A stretch of DNA of 64,000 bases, from the NCBI RefSeq assembly GCF_003334305.1, contig NZ_QOWS01000007.1; one strand, given 5' to 3'. The stretch is from Escherichia coli. GTDB lineage: Bacteria > Pseudomonadota > Gammaproteobacteria > Enterobacterales > Enterobacteriaceae. The notes beneath the pieces were generated by a model. It made no database searches. It had not been told where the DNA came from and worked only from the letters and a program-made list of their open reading frames with translations. A program made the position numbers and the translations under genes. Position 1 is the stretch's first letter, and every line of letters begins with the position of its first letter. Shown one piece after another: positions 1-13,324 of the stretch.

Positions 1-76
1 GGGTGATTAGCTCAGCTGGGAGAGCACCTCCCTTACAAGGAGGGGGTCGGCGGTTCGATCCCGTCATCACCCACCA
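1..76 (+). tRNA. tRNA-Val, anticodon UAC
   Basis: 76-nt cloverleaf-compatible sequence ending CCA; anticodon loop cuUACaa. Matches the E. coli tRNA-Val(UAC) of the valU-valX-valY-lysV cluster; which copy cannot be told from the window. Confidence 0.93.
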
Positions 77-80
77 CTTC

Positions 81-156
81 GGGTCGTTAGCTCAGTTGGT
101 AGAGCAGTTGACTTTTAATCAATTGGTCGCAGGTTCGAATCCTGCACGACCCACCA
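81..156 (+). tRNA. lysV: tRNA-Lys, anticodon UUU
   Basis: 76-nt tRNA 4 nt after tRNA-Val, anticodon loop acuUUUaau, ends CCA; co-transcribed arrangement with tRNA-Val. Confidence 0.92.
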
Positions 157-160
157 ATGT

Positions 161-188
161 AAAAAAGCGCCCTAAAGGCGCTTTTTTG
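161..188 (+). terminator. Rho-independent terminator of the tRNA operon
   Basis: A-tract, 6-bp GC-rich stem agcgcc/ggcgct with 5-nt loop, then TTTTTT, directly after tRNA-Lys. Confidence 0.85.
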
Positions 189-275
189 CTATCTGCGATT
201 TGTAAGATTGATTTTTCTTCTCAAGTTCCTTGTTCTTCTACCGATATTACCTCGTACAGTGACGAGGACTGAACA

Positions 276-617
276 ATGGCCACTATCTCTTCAACTTCAA
301 TTCCTTCCATACAAACACAGAGTAGTAACAGGGCATCACAAGGTAGCGATGTTGCTTCACAAATCGCGCGGATAAGTCAGCAAATCATCAAACTCACTCA
401 ACAAATTAAAGAGATTGTAGACACTAGCGGCAGTGCTGAAGACAAGCAAAAACAGGCCGAATTGATTCAACAGCAAATCACCCTACTGGAAACACAACTG
501 GCGCAGTTGCAGAAACAGCAGGCAGAAAAGGCGCAGGAGAAAGAGCAGTGTTTGTCTCTGAATGTATCCCTTCTAAATCCTGTTGAAAAAACGACTCATA
601 TCGATATCTATATCTGA
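276..617 (+). CDS. FlxA-like small Gln-rich coiled-coil protein (113 aa)
   Basis: ORF with Q/K/E-rich heptad-like core ([13 protein letters not shown]...[22 protein letters not shown]) resembling the FlxA family as I recall it; 3' end overlaps the yfeR 3' end by 10 nt convergently. Family assignment is from memory. Confidence 0.55.
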   Translation: MATISSTSIPSIQTQSSNRASQGSDVASQIARISQQIIKLTQQIKEIVDTSGSAEDKQKQAELIQQQITLLETQLAQLQKQQAEKAQEKEQCLSLNVSLLNPVEKTTHIDIYI

Positions 618-1534
618 TACAACGGATCCCCTTCCCGACCAGCCATTAGCGCATTGCCCTGGTCTCGTACCACGTCCCATAACGCTTCAGCGGCGGTGGA
701 AAGTGAACGGTTCTTCCTGCGCACCAGCATCAACTGGCGTTCAACAACCGGCGTAATGCGCTTTACCACCAGTGGGCTACCTTCAGGCAATGGTAGCGCC
801 AGTGCGGGAAGAATACTGATGCCGATGCCTGCGGCTACCATCGGGAACAGCGTCGCCGGATGTCCAATCTCCTGCACAATATTCGCCTGAATACCATTGC
901 GCGCCAGCGCTGCGTCAATCAGCGGTCGGCTGCCTGACGCGTAATCCTGCAACACCAATTTCGCTCCCTGTAATGCCTGCCAGGGTACATAATCTTCGAC
1001 GGCCAAAGCGCTATCGCGATGGCAAAGCAGAAAGAAAGGCTCGGAAAGAATCGCTTCACATTGCAGATCGCCCACTGGGCCTGGATCGATGACGATGCCA
1101 AAGTCGACATCTCCCTGGCGAATACTTTCCATCACCCACTGCTGCGGACGATCGTGCAGGACAAACTGAATATCTGGATAGCTGCGATGGCTTTCAGCAA
1201 TGCATTGCGGAATAAGATGCGCGGAAATGGTCTGGCTGGCAGCGACCCGAACTTTTCCGCTCAGTTGTTGCCCCATACGCCCGGTATCGCGCAACGTGCT
1301 GTTCAGTTCATCCAGCAGTCGCTCAAGACGCAAAGCCAGCTGCTGCCCTGCATCTGTAAGCACCACTTCACGCGTGGTTCTGTCCAGCAGGCGAACACCA
1401 GTATGATTTTCCAGTTCCTTCACACTGTGACTCACTGCCGACTGGCTCAGGCCGATACGCTCTCCTGCACGACTAAAACTTTTCTCCTGCGCTACTGTGA
1501 CGAAAACCTTTAATTGTTTTAAAGAATAATTCAT
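608..1534 (-). CDS. yfeR: LysR-family transcriptional regulator
   Basis: 308-aa ORF with N-terminal LysR HTH ([23 protein letters not shown]) and LysR substrate-binding region; divergent from yfeH as in E. coli. Confidence 0.9.
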   Translation of the reverse strand: MNYSLKQLKVFVTVAQEKSFSRAGERIGLSQSAVSHSVKELENHTGVRLLDRTTREVVLTDAGQQLALRLERLLDELNSTLRDTGRMGQQLSGKVRVAASQTISAHLIPQCIAESHRSYPDIQFVLHDRPQQWVMESIRQGDVDFGIVIDPGPVGDLQCEAILSEPFFLLCHRDSALAVEDYVPWQALQGAKLVLQDYASGSRPLIDAALARNGIQANIVQEIGHPATLFPMVAAGIGISILPALALPLPEGSPLVVKRITPVVERQLMLVRRKNRSLSTAAEALWDVVRDQGNALMAGREGDPLYQI

Positions 1535-1623
1535 CTGTTTTCTTCATGAATGGATGCAATAAATCAATTTTATTTCTCAAACTGGAAGAAGCACAATAGA
1601 ACCATCGATCATCTGGAGTCTTT

Positions 1624-2622
1624 ATGAAACTTTTTCGTATCCTCGATCCTTTCACCTTAACCCTGATCACGGTGGTGTTGCTGGCCTCTTTCTTTCCGGC
1701 CAGAGGCGATTTCGTCCCCTTCTTTGAAAATCTGACCACCGCAGCGATTGCCCTGCTGTTCTTTATGCACGGCGCGAAGTTGTCGCGTGAGGCGATTATT
1801 GCTGGCGGTGGTCACTGGCGACTGCATTTGTGGGTAATTTGCAGCACCTTCGTGCTGTTTCCGATTCTGGGTGTACTGTTTGCCTGGTGGAAACCGGTAA
1901 ATGTCGACCCGATGCTCTACTCCGGTTTTCTCTACTTGTGCATTCTCCCGGCTACCGTGCAGTCTGCAATCGCCTTCACGTCAATGGCGGGCGGTAACGT
2001 CGCGGCGGCGGTTTGTTCTGCGTCAGCATCCAGCCTGCTGGGGATTTTCCTTTCACCATTGCTGGTTGGTCTGGTGATGAATGTTCACGGTGCAGGGGGC
2101 AGCCTTGAGCAGGTCGGTAAAATTATGCTGCAACTGCTGCTGCCGTTTGTGTTGGGGCATCTTTCCCGGCCGTGGATTGGTGACTGGGTGTCGCGCAATA
2201 AAAAATGGATTGCGAAAACTGACCAGACGTCCATTCTGTTGGTGGTTTATACAGCGTTCAGCGAAGCCGTCGTTAATGGTATCTGGCATAAAGTTGGCTG
2301 GGGATCATTGCTGTTTATCGTGGTGGTCAGCTGCGTTCTTCTGGCTATCGTGATTGTAGTTAACGTCTTTATGGCACGCCGACTGGGCTTCAATAAGGCA
2401 GATGAAATTACTATCGTCTTTTGTGGTTCGAAAAAGAGTCTGGCAAATGGCATCCCGATGGCAAACATTCTGTTCCCCACATCGGTGATCGGTATGATGG
2501 TGCTGCCCCTAATGATTTTCCATCAGATCCAATTGATGGTCTGTGCGGTGCTGGCGCGTCGATACAAACGCCAGACCGAACAGTTACAGGCACAGCAGGA
2601 AAGCAGCGCCGATAAAGCTTAA
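1624..2622 (+). CDS. yfeH: Putative bile acid:Na+ symporter-family inner membrane transporter
   Basis: 332-aa polytopic membrane ORF; matches E. coli YfeH. Confidence 0.88.
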   Translation: MKLFRILDPFTLTLITVVLLASFFPARGDFVPFFENLTTAAIALLFFMHGAKLSREAIIAGGGHWRLHLWVICSTFVLFPILGVLFAWWKPVNVDPMLYSGFLYLCILPATVQSAIAFTSMAGGNVAAAVCSASASSLLGIFLSPLLVGLVMNVHGAGGSLEQVGKIMLQLLLPFVLGHLSRPWIGDWVSRNKKWIAKTDQTSILLVVYTAFSEAVVNGIWHKVGWGSLLFIVVVSCVLLAIVIVVNVFMARRLGFNKADEITIVFCGSKKSLANGIPMANILFPTSVIGMMVLPLMIFHQIQLMVCAVLARRYKRQTEQLQAQQESSADKA

Positions 2623-2837
2623 AGCGGACGCTTCAGGGGCTGGACCAGTTGCGTCAGCCCCTCGGTTTTAATCAGCAGCGTGATTTGCATTAGCTCACCG
2701 AGCTTCCCTGCCGGGAATTCATCTTTGCGGGCAAACCACAGCAGATACTCCTCCGGCAGGTCGATTAAGCGACGCCCTTTATATTTGCCAAACGGCATTA
2801 TCGTATTGGCTATTTCAATCAGCTGCTCTTTTTCCAT
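2619..2837 (-). CDS. ypeB: DUF3820-family small protein (72 aa)
   Basis: Matches E. coli YpeB starting MEKEQLIEIANTIMPFGKYKGRRL; start placed at the internal Met so it abuts ligA instead of overlapping it (the track's 105-aa extension overlaps ligA). Confidence 0.8.
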   Translation of the reverse strand: MEKEQLIEIANTIMPFGKYKGRRLIDLPEEYLLWFARKDEFPAGKLGELMQITLLIKTEGLTQLVQPLKRPL

Positions 2838-2838
2838 C

Positions 2839-4863
<2,025 letters not shown>

Positions 4864-4924
4864 TCAATGCTAAAAACCCCCGACAAGCGGGGGTTCGAAG
4901 AGGAGTTAATTTGCCTTAAGTGTA

Positions 4925-5911
4925 TCAGGCGTTGGCGTCTTTGACTTCGCGGATGATGTCCTGGTACTCGCGCAATTTCTGCGGAGTCATCATACGGCGC
5001 TGATCGTCAAGCACGACACCGCCCACTTCATCGGCAATATGCTGCGCAGATTGCAGCATCAGCTTGAAGTTCTGCAGCTCGTCACCGTAAGACGGTACCT
5101 GCATAAAGATGGTGACACCCGGAGTAGTGAAATCCTTCATTTCAGGATCAAAGGTTCCCGGTTTCACCATATTCGCCAGGCTGAATAACGCCGGGCCGCT
5201 GCCATCCGGGCTAAGATGACGATGGTAAATATTCATATCGCCAAAAATGAAGCCCGCTTGTTGAATGCTGTTAAGAAGCAGTTCACCGTTTAGCTCGCTA
5301 CCGTGATGCGCCGCGACGTTCATGATAATCACCGCTTCTTTGCGCTTCGGTTTATCCATAACTGGAGCCGGTTCCGCTACAGGCTCAGGCTGTGGTGCCG
5401 CTACGGGTTCTGCAGGCTGGAAAGCCTGTTGTGCCGGTTGCGGTGCTGAATGCACAGGCTGCGGCGCTGGCGCGACCTGTGGCGAAACTGGCTGCTGCAA
5501 CGGCTGTTCAGGCTGCGGCTGATAGGCAGGCTGCTGCACCGGCTGCGCTGGACGCGGAGCATGTTGCGGCGGTACCTGCGCTTCAGGCGGCTGCTGGACC
5601 GGTTGACGCGGCTGCGCAGACGCATAAGGCGGTTGGTACTGGTGTTGCGGCGACGGACGAGCAGCCTCATGCTCCTGAGCGTTAGCCGGGGCATGATTCA
5701 CGCGGTGAACACGAACCTCACCAACGCCCTCATCATCTTCGACATCCTCGTCATAAGAATCGTCGTCACGTTTTGACTTCATTCGTTTTAATGGCCGATC
5801 GCGGAACATAGAAGATCGTTCTTTACGGCTGGTCCAGAAACCATGTACCAGTAAAGCGATTATGGCGATCGCGCCAACAATGATTAATATCAGACGCAAA
5901 TCCTGCATCAT
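4925..5911 (-). CDS. zipA: Cell division protein ZipA (FtsZ membrane anchor)
   Basis: N-terminal TM helix, long P/Q-rich linker, C-terminal FtsZ-binding domain; start placed at [11 protein letters not shown] (328 aa) rather than the track's 17-codon extension. Confidence 0.93.
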
Positions 5912-6140
5912 TATATTCTCTGTTGTTCTAACACCTTGCCACCACGGCAAACATTTACTCACTAAGAGTATTTGCCGATTACCTCAAGTGCAAGTGCACT
6001 ATTAACTTTCACAGCACAAAGATAGATGAAATCGTGCTTTTTGCTGTTTTTTCGAACATATCCTAACTGTCCATTGCGCAATTACCCGGTAAAATACGCA
6101 GAATTTTCCTGGGATTGGTCAAAAGGAGCTCATCCTGATT
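5912..6140. promoter_or_regulatory. Divergent zipA / cysZ promoter region
   Basis: 229-bp non-coding spacer between divergently oriented zipA and cysZ; no specific site resolved. Confidence 0.4.
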
Positions 6141-6902
6141 ATGGTTTCATCATTCACATCTGCCCCACGCAGCGGTTTTTACTATTTTGCGCAAGGCTGG
6201 AAGCTCGTCTCGCAACCTGGGATTCGGCGTTTCGTTATTTTACCGCTGCTGGTCAATATTTTGTTGATGGGGGGCGCATTCTGGTGGCTCTTTACACAGC
6301 TCGATGTCTGGATCCCGACTCTCATGAGTTACGTTCCGGACTGGCTACAATGGCTGAGTTATCTGTTGTGGCCTCTGGCTGTCATCTCTGTGCTGTTAGT
6401 GTTTGGCTATTTCTTCTCCACGATTGCTAACTGGATTGCCGCTCCGTTTAACGGTTTATTGGCTGAACAACTGGAAGCACGATTGACTGGCGCTACACCG
6501 CCAGATACCGGGATTTTCGGTATCATGAAAGATGTGCCGCGAATCATGAAACGCGAATGGCAAAAATTTGCCTGGTATCTGCCGCGCGCAATTGTATTGC
6601 TAATTCTTTACTTAATCCCTGGTATTGGGCAAACCGTCGCGCCGGTACTGTGGTTCCTGTTTAGCGCCTGGATGTTAGCCATCCAGTATTGCGATTACCC
6701 CTTCGATAACCACAAAGTGCCGTTTAAAGAGATGCGCACCGCCCTGCGCACACGCAAAATCACCAATATGCAGTTTGGTGCTTTAACCAGCCTGTTTACG
6801 ATGATCCCGCTGCTTAATCTGTTCATCATGCCCGTTGCCGTTTGTGGCGCGACGGCGATGTGGGTCGATTGCTATCGCGATAAACACGCGATGTGGCGGT
6901 AA
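6141..6902 (+). CDS. cysZ: Sulfate transporter CysZ
   Basis: 253-aa membrane ORF matching E. coli CysZ; sits upstream of cysK as expected. Confidence 0.93.
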   Translation: MVSSFTSAPRSGFYYFAQGWKLVSQPGIRRFVILPLLVNILLMGGAFWWLFTQLDVWIPTLMSYVPDWLQWLSYLLWPLAVISVLLVFGYFFSTIANWIAAPFNGLLAEQLEARLTGATPPDTGIFGIMKDVPRIMKREWQKFAWYLPRAIVLLILYLIPGIGQTVAPVLWFLFSAWMLAIQYCDYPFDNHKVPFKEMRTALRTRKITNMQFGALTSLFTMIPLLNLFIMPVAVCGATAMWVDCYRDKHAMWR

Positions 6903-7086
6903 CAATCTACCGGTTATTTTGTAAACCGTTTGTGTGAAACAGGGGTGGCTTATGCCGCCCCTTATTCCATCTTGCATGTCATTATTTCCCTTCTGTATAT
7001 AGATATGCTAAATCCTTACTTCCGCATATTCTCTGAGCGGGTATGCTACCTGTTGTATCCCAATTTCATACAGTTAAGGACAGGCC
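6903..7086 (+). promoter_or_regulatory. cysK promoter region (CysB-dependent in E. coli)
   Basis: 184-bp spacer upstream of cysK; regulation is from established knowledge, binding sites not mapped by eye. Confidence 0.45.
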
Positions 7087-8058
7087 ATGAGTAAGATTTT
7101 TGAAGATAACTCGCTGACTATCGGTCACACGCCGCTGGTTCGCCTGAATCGCATCGGTAACGGACGCATTCTGGCGAAGGTGGAATCTCGTAACCCCAGC
7201 TTCAGCGTTAAGTGCCGTATCGGTGCCAACATGATTTGGGATGCCGAAAAGCGCGGCGTGCTGAAACCAGGCGTTGAACTGGTTGAACCGACCAGCGGTA
7301 ATACCGGGATTGCACTGGCCTATGTAGCTGCCGCTCGCGGTTACAAACTCACCCTGACCATGCCAGAAACCATGAGTATTGAACGCCGCAAGCTGCTGAA
7401 AGCGTTAGGTGCAAACCTGGTGCTGACGGAAGGTGCTAAAGGCATGAAAGGCGCAATCCAAAAAGCAGAAGAAATTGTCGCCAGCAATCCAGAGAAATAC
7501 CTGCTGCTGCAACAATTCAGCAATCCGGCAAACCCTGAAATTCACGAAAAAACCACCGGTCCGGAGATCTGGGAAGATACCGACGGTCAGGTTGATGTAT
7601 TTATTGCTGGCGTTGGGACTGGCGGTACGCTGACTGGCGTCAGCCGCTACATTAAAGGCACCAAAGGCAAGACCGATCTTATCTCTGTCGCCGTTGAGCC
7701 AACCGATTCTCCAGTTATCGCCCAGGCACTGGCTGGTGAAGAGATTAAACCTGGCCCGCATAAAATTCAGGGTATTGGCGCTGGTTTTATCCCAGCTAAC
7801 CTCGATCTCAAGCTGGTCGATAAAGTCATTGGCATCACCAATGAAGAAGCGATTTCTACCGCACGTCGTCTGATGGAAGAAGAAGGTATTCTTGCAGGTA
7901 TCTCTTCTGGAGCAGCTGTTGCTGCGGCGTTGAAACTACAAGAAGATGAAAGCTTTACCAACAAGAATATTGTGGTTATTCTACCGTCATCGGGTGAGCG
8001 TTATTTAAGCACCGCATTGTTTGCCGATCTCTTCACTGAGAAAGAACTGCAACAGTAA
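7087..8058 (+). CDS. cysK: Cysteine synthase A (O-acetylserine sulfhydrylase A)
   Basis: 323-aa PLP-dependent enzyme with [14 protein letters not shown] lysine motif and GNTG loop; matches E. coli CysK. Confidence 0.97.
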   Translation: MSKIFEDNSLTIGHTPLVRLNRIGNGRILAKVESRNPSFSVKCRIGANMIWDAEKRGVLKPGVELVEPTSGNTGIALAYVAAARGYKLTLTMPETMSIERRKLLKALGANLVLTEGAKGMKGAIQKAEEIVASNPEKYLLLQQFSNPANPEIHEKTTGPEIWEDTDGQVDVFIAGVGTGGTLTGVSRYIKGTKGKTDLISVAVEPTDSPVIAQALAGEEIKPGPHKIQGIGAGFIPANLDLKLVDKVIGITNEEAISTARRLMEEEGILAGISSGAAVAAALKLQEDESFTNKNIVVILPSSGERYLSTALFADLFTEKELQQ

Positions 8059-8080
8059 TGCCAGCTTGTTAAAAATGCGT

Positions 8081-8110
8081 AAAAAAGCACCTTTTTAGGT
8101 GCTTTTTTGT
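8081..8110 (+). terminator. Rho-independent terminator after cysK
   Basis: AAAAAA, 7-bp stem agcacct/aggtgct with tttt loop, then TTTTTT, about 25 nt after the cysK stop. Confidence 0.85.
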
Positions 8111-8441
8111 GGCCTGCTTCAAACTTTCGCCCCTCCTGGCATTGATTCAGCCTGTCGGAACTGGTATTTAACCAGACTAATTATTTTGATGCGCGAAATT
8201 AATCGTTACAGGAAAAGCCAAAGCTGAATCGATTTTATGATTTGGTTCAATTCTTCCTTTAGCGGCATAATGTTTAATGACGTACGAAACGTCAGCGGTC
8301 AACACCCGCCAGCAATGGACTGTATTGCGCTCTTCGTGCGTCGCGTCTGTTAAAAACTGGCGCTAACAATACAGGCTAAAGTCGAACCGCCAGGCTAGAC
8401 TTTAGTTCCACAACACTAAACCTATAAGTTGGGGAAATACA
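8111..8441 (+). promoter_or_regulatory. ptsHI-crr promoter region
   Basis: 331-bp spacer upstream of ptsH; CRP/Mlc control is known in E. coli, individual sites not resolved here. Confidence 0.45.
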
Positions 8442-8699
8442 ATGTTCCAGCAAGAAGTTACCATTACCGCTCCGAACGGTCTGCACACCCGCCCTGCTGC
8501 CCAGTTTGTAAAAGAAGCTAAGGGCTTCACTTCTGAAATTACTGTGACTTCCAACGGCAAAAGCGCCAGCGCGAAAAGCCTGTTTAAACTGCAGACTCTG
8601 GGCCTGACTCAAGGTACCGTTGTGACTATCTCCGCAGAAGGCGAAGACGAGCAGAAAGCGGTTGAACATCTGGTTAAACTGATGGCGGAACTCGAGTAA
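8442..8699 (+). CDS. ptsH: Phosphocarrier protein HPr
   Basis: 85-aa [26 protein letters not shown] with active-site His15; matches E. coli HPr. Confidence 0.98.
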
Positions 8700-8743
8700 T
8701 TTCCCGGGTTCTTTTAAAAATCAGTCACAAGTAAGGTAGGGTT

Positions 8744-10471
8744 ATGATTTCAGGCATTTTAGCATCCCCGGGTATCGCTTTCGGTAAAGCTCTGCTTCTG
8801 AAAGAAGACGAAATTGTCATTGACCGGAAAAAAATTTCTGCCGACCAGGTTGATCAGGAAGTTGAACGTTTTCTGAGCGGTCGTGCCAAGGCATCAGCCC
8901 AGCTGGAAACGATCAAAACGAAAGCTGGTGAAACGTTCGGTGAAGAAAAAGAAGCCATCTTTGAAGGGCATATTATGCTGCTCGAAGATGAGGAGCTGGA
9001 GCAGGAAATCATAGCCCTGATTAAAGATAAGCACATGACAGCTGACGCAGCTGCTCATGAAGTTATCGAAGGTCAGGCTTCTGCCCTGGAAGAGCTGGAT
9101 GATGAATACCTGAAAGAACGTGCGGCTGACGTACGTGATATCGGTAAGCGCCTGCTGCGCAACATCCTGGGCCTGAAGATTATCGACCTGAGCGCCATTC
9201 AGGATGAAGTCATTCTGGTTGCCGCTGACCTGACGCCGTCCGAAACCGCACAGCTGAACCTGAAGAAGGTGCTGGGTTTCATCACCGACGCGGGTGGCCG
9301 TACTTCCCACACCTCTATCATGGCGCGTTCTCTGGAACTGCCTGCTATCGTGGGTACCGGTAGCGTCACCTCTCAGGTGAAAAATGACGACTATCTGATT
9401 CTGGATGCCGTAAATAATCAGGTTTACGTCAATCCAACCAACGAAGTTATTGATAAAATGCGCGCTGTTCAGGAGCAAGTGGCTTCTGAAAAAGCAGAGC
9501 TTGCTAAACTGAAAGATCTGCCAGCTATTACGCTGGACGGTCACCAGGTAGAAGTGTGCGCTAACATTGGTACGGTTCGTGACGTTGAAGGTGCAGAGCG
9601 TAACGGCGCTGAAGGCGTTGGTCTGTATCGTACTGAGTTCCTGTTCATGGACCGCGACGCGCTGCCCACTGAAGAAGAACAGTTTGCTGCTTACAAAGCA
9701 GTGGCTGAAGCGTGTGGCTCGCAAGCGGTTATCGTTCGTACCATGGACATCGGCGGCGACAAAGAGCTGCCATACATGAACTTCCCGAAAGAAGAGAACC
9801 CGTTCCTCGGCTGGCGCGCTATCCGTATCGCGATGGATCGTAAAGAGATCCTGCGCGATCAGCTCCGCGCTATCCTGCGTGCCTCGGCTTTCGGTAAATT
9901 GCGCATTATGTTCCCGATGATCATCTCTGTTGAAGAAGTGCGTGCACTGCGCAAAGAGATCGAAATCTACAAACAGGAACTGCGCGACGAAGGTAAAGCG
10001 TTTGACGAGTCAATTGAAATCGGCGTAATGGTGGAAACACCGGCTGCCGCAACAATTGCACGTCATTTAGCCAAAGAAGTTGATTTCTTTAGTATCGGCA
10101 CCAATGATTTAACGCAGTACACTCTGGCAGTTGACCGTGGTAATGATATGATTTCACACCTTTACCAACCAATGTCACCGTCCGTGCTGAACTTGATCAA
10201 GCAAGTTATTGATGCTTCTCATGCTGAAGGCAAATGGACTGGCATGTGTGGTGAGCTTGCTGGCGATGAACGTGCTACACTTCTGTTGCTGGGGATGGGT
10301 CTGGACGAATTCTCTATGAGCGCCATTTCTATCCCGCGCATTAAGAAGATTATCCGTAACACGAACTTCGAAGATGCGAAGGTGTTAGCAGAGCAGGCTC
10401 TTGCTCAACCGACAACGGACGAGTTAATGACGCTGGTTAACAAGTTCATTGAAGAAAAAACAATCTGCTAA
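8744..10471 (+). CDS. ptsI: PTS enzyme I (phosphoenolpyruvate-protein phosphotransferase)
   Basis: 575-aa ORF matching E. coli EI, including the phospho-histidine region ([13 protein letters not shown]). Confidence 0.98.
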   Translation: MISGILASPGIAFGKALLLKEDEIVIDRKKISADQVDQEVERFLSGRAKASAQLETIKTKAGETFGEEKEAIFEGHIMLLEDEELEQEIIALIKDKHMTADAAAHEVIEGQASALEELDDEYLKERAADVRDIGKRLLRNILGLKIIDLSAIQDEVILVAADLTPSETAQLNLKKVLGFITDAGGRTSHTSIMARSLELPAIVGTGSVTSQVKNDDYLILDAVNNQVYVNPTNEVIDKMRAVQEQVASEKAELAKLKDLPAITLDGHQVEVCANIGTVRDVEGAERNGAEGVGLYRTEFLFMDRDALPTEEEQFAAYKAVAEACGSQAVIVRTMDIGGDKELPYMNFPKEENPFLGWRAIRIAMDRKEILRDQLRAILRASAFGKLRIMFPMIISVEEVRALRKEIEIYKQELRDEGKAFDESIEIGVMVETPAAATIARHLAKEVDFFSIGTNDLTQYTLAVDRGNDMISHLYQPMSPSVLNLIKQVIDASHAEGKWTGMCGELAGDERATLLLLGMGLDEFSMSAISIPRIKKIIRNTNFEDAKVLAEQALAQPTTDELMTLVNKFIEEKTIC

Positions 10472-10511
10472 TCCACGAGATGCGGCCCAATTTACTGCTT
10501 AGGAGAAGATC

Positions 10512-11021
10512 ATGGGTTTGTTCGATAAACTGAAATCTCTGGTTTCCGACGACAAGAAGGATACCGGAACTATTGAGATCATTGCTCCGCTCTCTGGCGA
10601 GATCGTCAATATCGAAGACGTGCCGGATGTCGTTTTTGCGGAAAAAATCGTTGGTGATGGTATTGCTATCAAACCAACGGGTAACAAAATGGTCGCGCCT
10701 GTAGACGGTACCATTGGTAAAATCTTTGAAACCAATCACGCGTTCTCTATCGAATCTGATAGCGGCGTTGAACTGTTCGTCCACTTCGGTATCGACACCG
10801 TTGAACTGAAAGGCGAAGGCTTCAAGCGTATTGCTGAAGAAGGTCAGCGCGTGAAAGTTGGCGATACTGTCATTGAATTTGATCTGCCGCTACTGGAAGA
10901 GAAAGCCAAGTCTACCCTGACTCCGGTTGTTATCTCCAACATGGACGAAATCAAAGAACTGATCAAACTGTCCGGTAGCGTAACCGTGGGTGAAACCCCG
11001 GTTATCCGCATCAAGAAGTAA
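10512..11021 (+). CDS. crr: Glucose-specific PTS EIIA (EIIA-Glc)
   Basis: 169-aa ORF matching E. coli Crr; third gene of the ptsHI-crr operon. Confidence 0.98.
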
Positions 11022-11035
11022 TTCTTGCCGCAGTG

Positions 11036-11065
11036 AAAAATGGCGCCCATCGGCGCCATTTTTTA
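11036..11065. terminator. Bidirectional rho-independent terminator between crr and pdxK
   Basis: A-tract, 8-bp stem atggcgcc/ggcgccat with catc loop, T-tract; lies between the convergent crr and pdxK 3' ends. Confidence 0.85.
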
Positions 11066-11914
11066 TGCTTCCGCCAGCGGCGGCAAAATCAATTCATCGC
11101 TCTCATGCTGCTGGGTGTAGCGCATCACTTCCAGTACGCGCAACCCCGCACGGTGCACCGCATCGTTTAACGCCTTCCCTTTCAGCAAACCACTGATAAG
11201 CTGAGCACAAAACAGGTCGCCAGTCCCTTTCAGGTCGGTTTTTACCCGTGAATGGGAAATGACATTCACGCTGTCGGCACTGACCACCACCACCTGCATC
11301 TCCTGATTTTCTTCATTACCGGAGGCGCTGGTAATCACCACCCATTTTAATGTGTCTGAAAGCAGACTTTTTGCGGCAGCAATGGCACTGTCGAGATCGC
11401 GGCAATTTTTACCGGTCAGGATTTCCAGCTCAAAGATATTGGGGGTAATTCCCTGCGCCAGCGGCAGTAAATATTGTCGATACGCCTCGGGAAGGTCAGG
11501 TTTGACATAAATTCCGCTATCAATATCGCCAATCACCGGATCGACCATGATCAATAGGTCAGGATGGTCTTTGCGTAGCGCAGTCAGCCACTCGGCAAGG
11601 ATTTTGATTTGCGATGCCGTTCCCATATAGCCCGTGGTTACAGCGCGCAGCTGGCGCAGCGCATCACGCTCATGAAGCGCACGCAAATAACCGCTAAACC
11701 ATTCATCCGGAATCGCACCACCGTAGAAAGTGTCATAATGCGGCGTATTGCTCAGCAATACCGTCGGCACGGCAAAAACATTCAGACCGTTCTGTTTGAT
11801 AGCAGGCACGGCAATGCTGTTGCCCACGCTGCCGTAAACCACCTGCGACTGCACGGCGACGATATCCGCCTGCAGCGCCCTGCTCTTATCGTTAAACAAC
11901 AACAAACTACTCAT
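11063..11914 (-). CDS. pdxK: Pyridoxal/pyridoxine/pyridoxamine kinase
   Basis: 283-aa ribokinase-fold ORF matching E. coli PdxK. Confidence 0.95.
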   Translation of the reverse strand: MSSLLLFNDKSRALQADIVAVQSQVVYGSVGNSIAVPAIKQNGLNVFAVPTVLLSNTPHYDTFYGGAIPDEWFSGYLRALHERDALRQLRAVTTGYMGTASQIKILAEWLTALRKDHPDLLIMVDPVIGDIDSGIYVKPDLPEAYRQYLLPLAQGITPNIFELEILTGKNCRDLDSAIAAAKSLLSDTLKWVVITSASGNEENQEMQVVVVSADSVNVISHSRVKTDLKGTGDLFCAQLISGLLKGKALNDAVHRAGLRVLEVMRYTQQHESDELILPPLAEA

Positions 11915-11927
11915 TTAATTTTTTCTC

Positions 11928-11993
<66 letters not shown>

Positions 11994-12018
11994 CACAAAA
12001 CAAGGATAAGGTAATTCA

Positions 12019-12387
12019 ATGAAGAAAATCATTTGTCTGGTCATTACACTACTAATGACACTCCCCGCTTACGCGAAGTTAACTGCCCATGAAGAAGCCC
12101 GCATCAACGCCATGCTGGAGGGATTAGCACAGAAAAAGGATTTGATATTTGTGCGCAACGGTGATGAACATACCTGCGATGAAGCGGTTTCTCATCTGCG
12201 TCTGAAGCTGGGCAATACCCGTAACCGCATTGACACTGCCGAGCAGTTTATTGATAAGGTTGCTTCGTCGTCATCGATTACCGGGAAGCCGTATATTGTG
12301 AAGATCCCCGGTAAGAGCGATGAGAACGCACAGCCTTTTTTACATGCGCTAATTGCGCAGACGGATAAAACGGTGCCTGCGCAATAA
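12019..12387 (+). CDS. yfeK: Uncharacterised secreted protein with signal peptide
   Basis: 122-aa ORF with N-terminal signal peptide ([19 protein letters not shown]); matches E. coli YfeK. Confidence 0.85.
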   Translation: MKKIICLVITLLMTLPAYAKLTAHEEARINAMLEGLAQKKDLIFVRNGDEHTCDEAVSHLRLKLGNTRNRIDTAEQFIDKVASSSSITGKPYIVKIPGKSDENAQPFLHALIAQTDKTVPAQ

Positions 12388-12389
12388 TC

Positions 12390-13301
12390 TTAAATCCCCG
12401 CCCCCTGGCTAAAATGCTCTTCCCCAAACACCCCGGTGGAAAGGTAGCGATCGCCACGATCGCAGATGATCGCTACCACCACCGCACCAGGGTTAGCTTT
12501 TGCCACCCGCAGTGCTCCGGCAACCGCGCCGCCGGAGCTGACGCCACAGAATATTCCTTCCCGCACTGCCAGTTCGCGCATGGTGTTTTCTGCATCGCGC
12601 TGATGAATATCCAGCACCTCATCCACCAGAGAAGCGTTGAAAATCCCCGGCAGATATTCCGCAGGCCAGCGGCGAATGCCGGGAATACTGCTGCCTTCTT
12701 CCGGCTGCAGGCCAACAATCGTTACTGGTTTGGATTGTTCGCGCATAAAGCGTGAAACGCCGGTGATAGTGCCGGTTGTTCCCATGCTGGAGACAAAATG
12801 GGTAATGCGCCCGCCGGTTTGCTGCCAGATTTCCGGCCCGGTAGTGGTGTAATGGGCGTAAGGGTTATCGGGATTATTAAACTGATCGAGCAGCTTTCCT
12901 TCGCCACGATTCGCCATCTCCAGCGCCAGATCGCGCGCACCTTCCATGCCCTGCTCTTTGGTGACAAGAATCAGTTCCGCACCATAAGCACGCATCGCCG
13001 CACGGCGTTCCTGGCTCATGTTGTCGGGCATCAGCAATTTCATGCGATAGCCTTTCAGCGCGGCAATCATTGCCAGCGCAATGCCGGTGTTACCACTGGT
13101 GGCTTCGATTAAGACATCACCCGGTTTAATTTCCCCGCGCTTTTCCGCCTCGACGATCATCGAAAGTGCCGCACGATCTTTCACCGAACCTGCCGGGTTA
13201 TTGCCTTCCAGTTTTAACCACACTTCACTGCCGTTATCCGGCCCCATTCGCTGCAACTTCACCAGAGGCGTATTGCCTATTGTTTGTTCTAATGTACTCA
13301 C
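12390..13301 (-). CDS. cysM: Cysteine synthase B (O-acetylserine sulfhydrylase B)
   Basis: Matches E. coli CysM from VSTLEQTIGNTPLVKLQRMG; GTG start at 13299-13301 with upstream GGATAGAG RBS, preferred over the track's 26-codon extension. Confidence 0.93.
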   Translation of the reverse strand: MSTLEQTIGNTPLVKLQRMGPDNGSEVWLKLEGNNPAGSVKDRAALSMIVEAEKRGEIKPGDVLIEATSGNTGIALAMIAALKGYRMKLLMPDNMSQERRAAMRAYGAELILVTKEQGMEGARDLALEMANRGEGKLLDQFNNPDNPYAHYTTTGPEIWQQTGGRITHFVSSMGTTGTITGVSRFMREQSKPVTIVGLQPEEGSSIPGIRRWPAEYLPGIFNASLVDEVLDIHQRDAENTMRELAVREGIFCGVSSGGAVAGALRVAKANPGAVVVAIICDRGDRYLSTGVFGEEHFSQGAGI

Positions 13302-13324
13302 GATCTCTATCCATACGTGGTGTT

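Noticed and set aside
5322-5776. Cluster of overlapping ORFs on both strands (66 to 108 aa) around 5.3-5.8 kb
   Set aside because: They arise from the repetitive GC-rich DNA encoding the P/Q-rich ZipA linker; this is a coding low-complexity repeat, not separate genes.
6026-6430. 134-aa plus-strand ORF overlapping the cysZ start
   Set aside because: Out of frame with cysZ, whose product is recognisable; no independent support.
8894-9724. 276-aa minus-strand ORF inside ptsI
   Set aside because: Antisense shadow ORF; ptsI on the plus strand is unambiguous.
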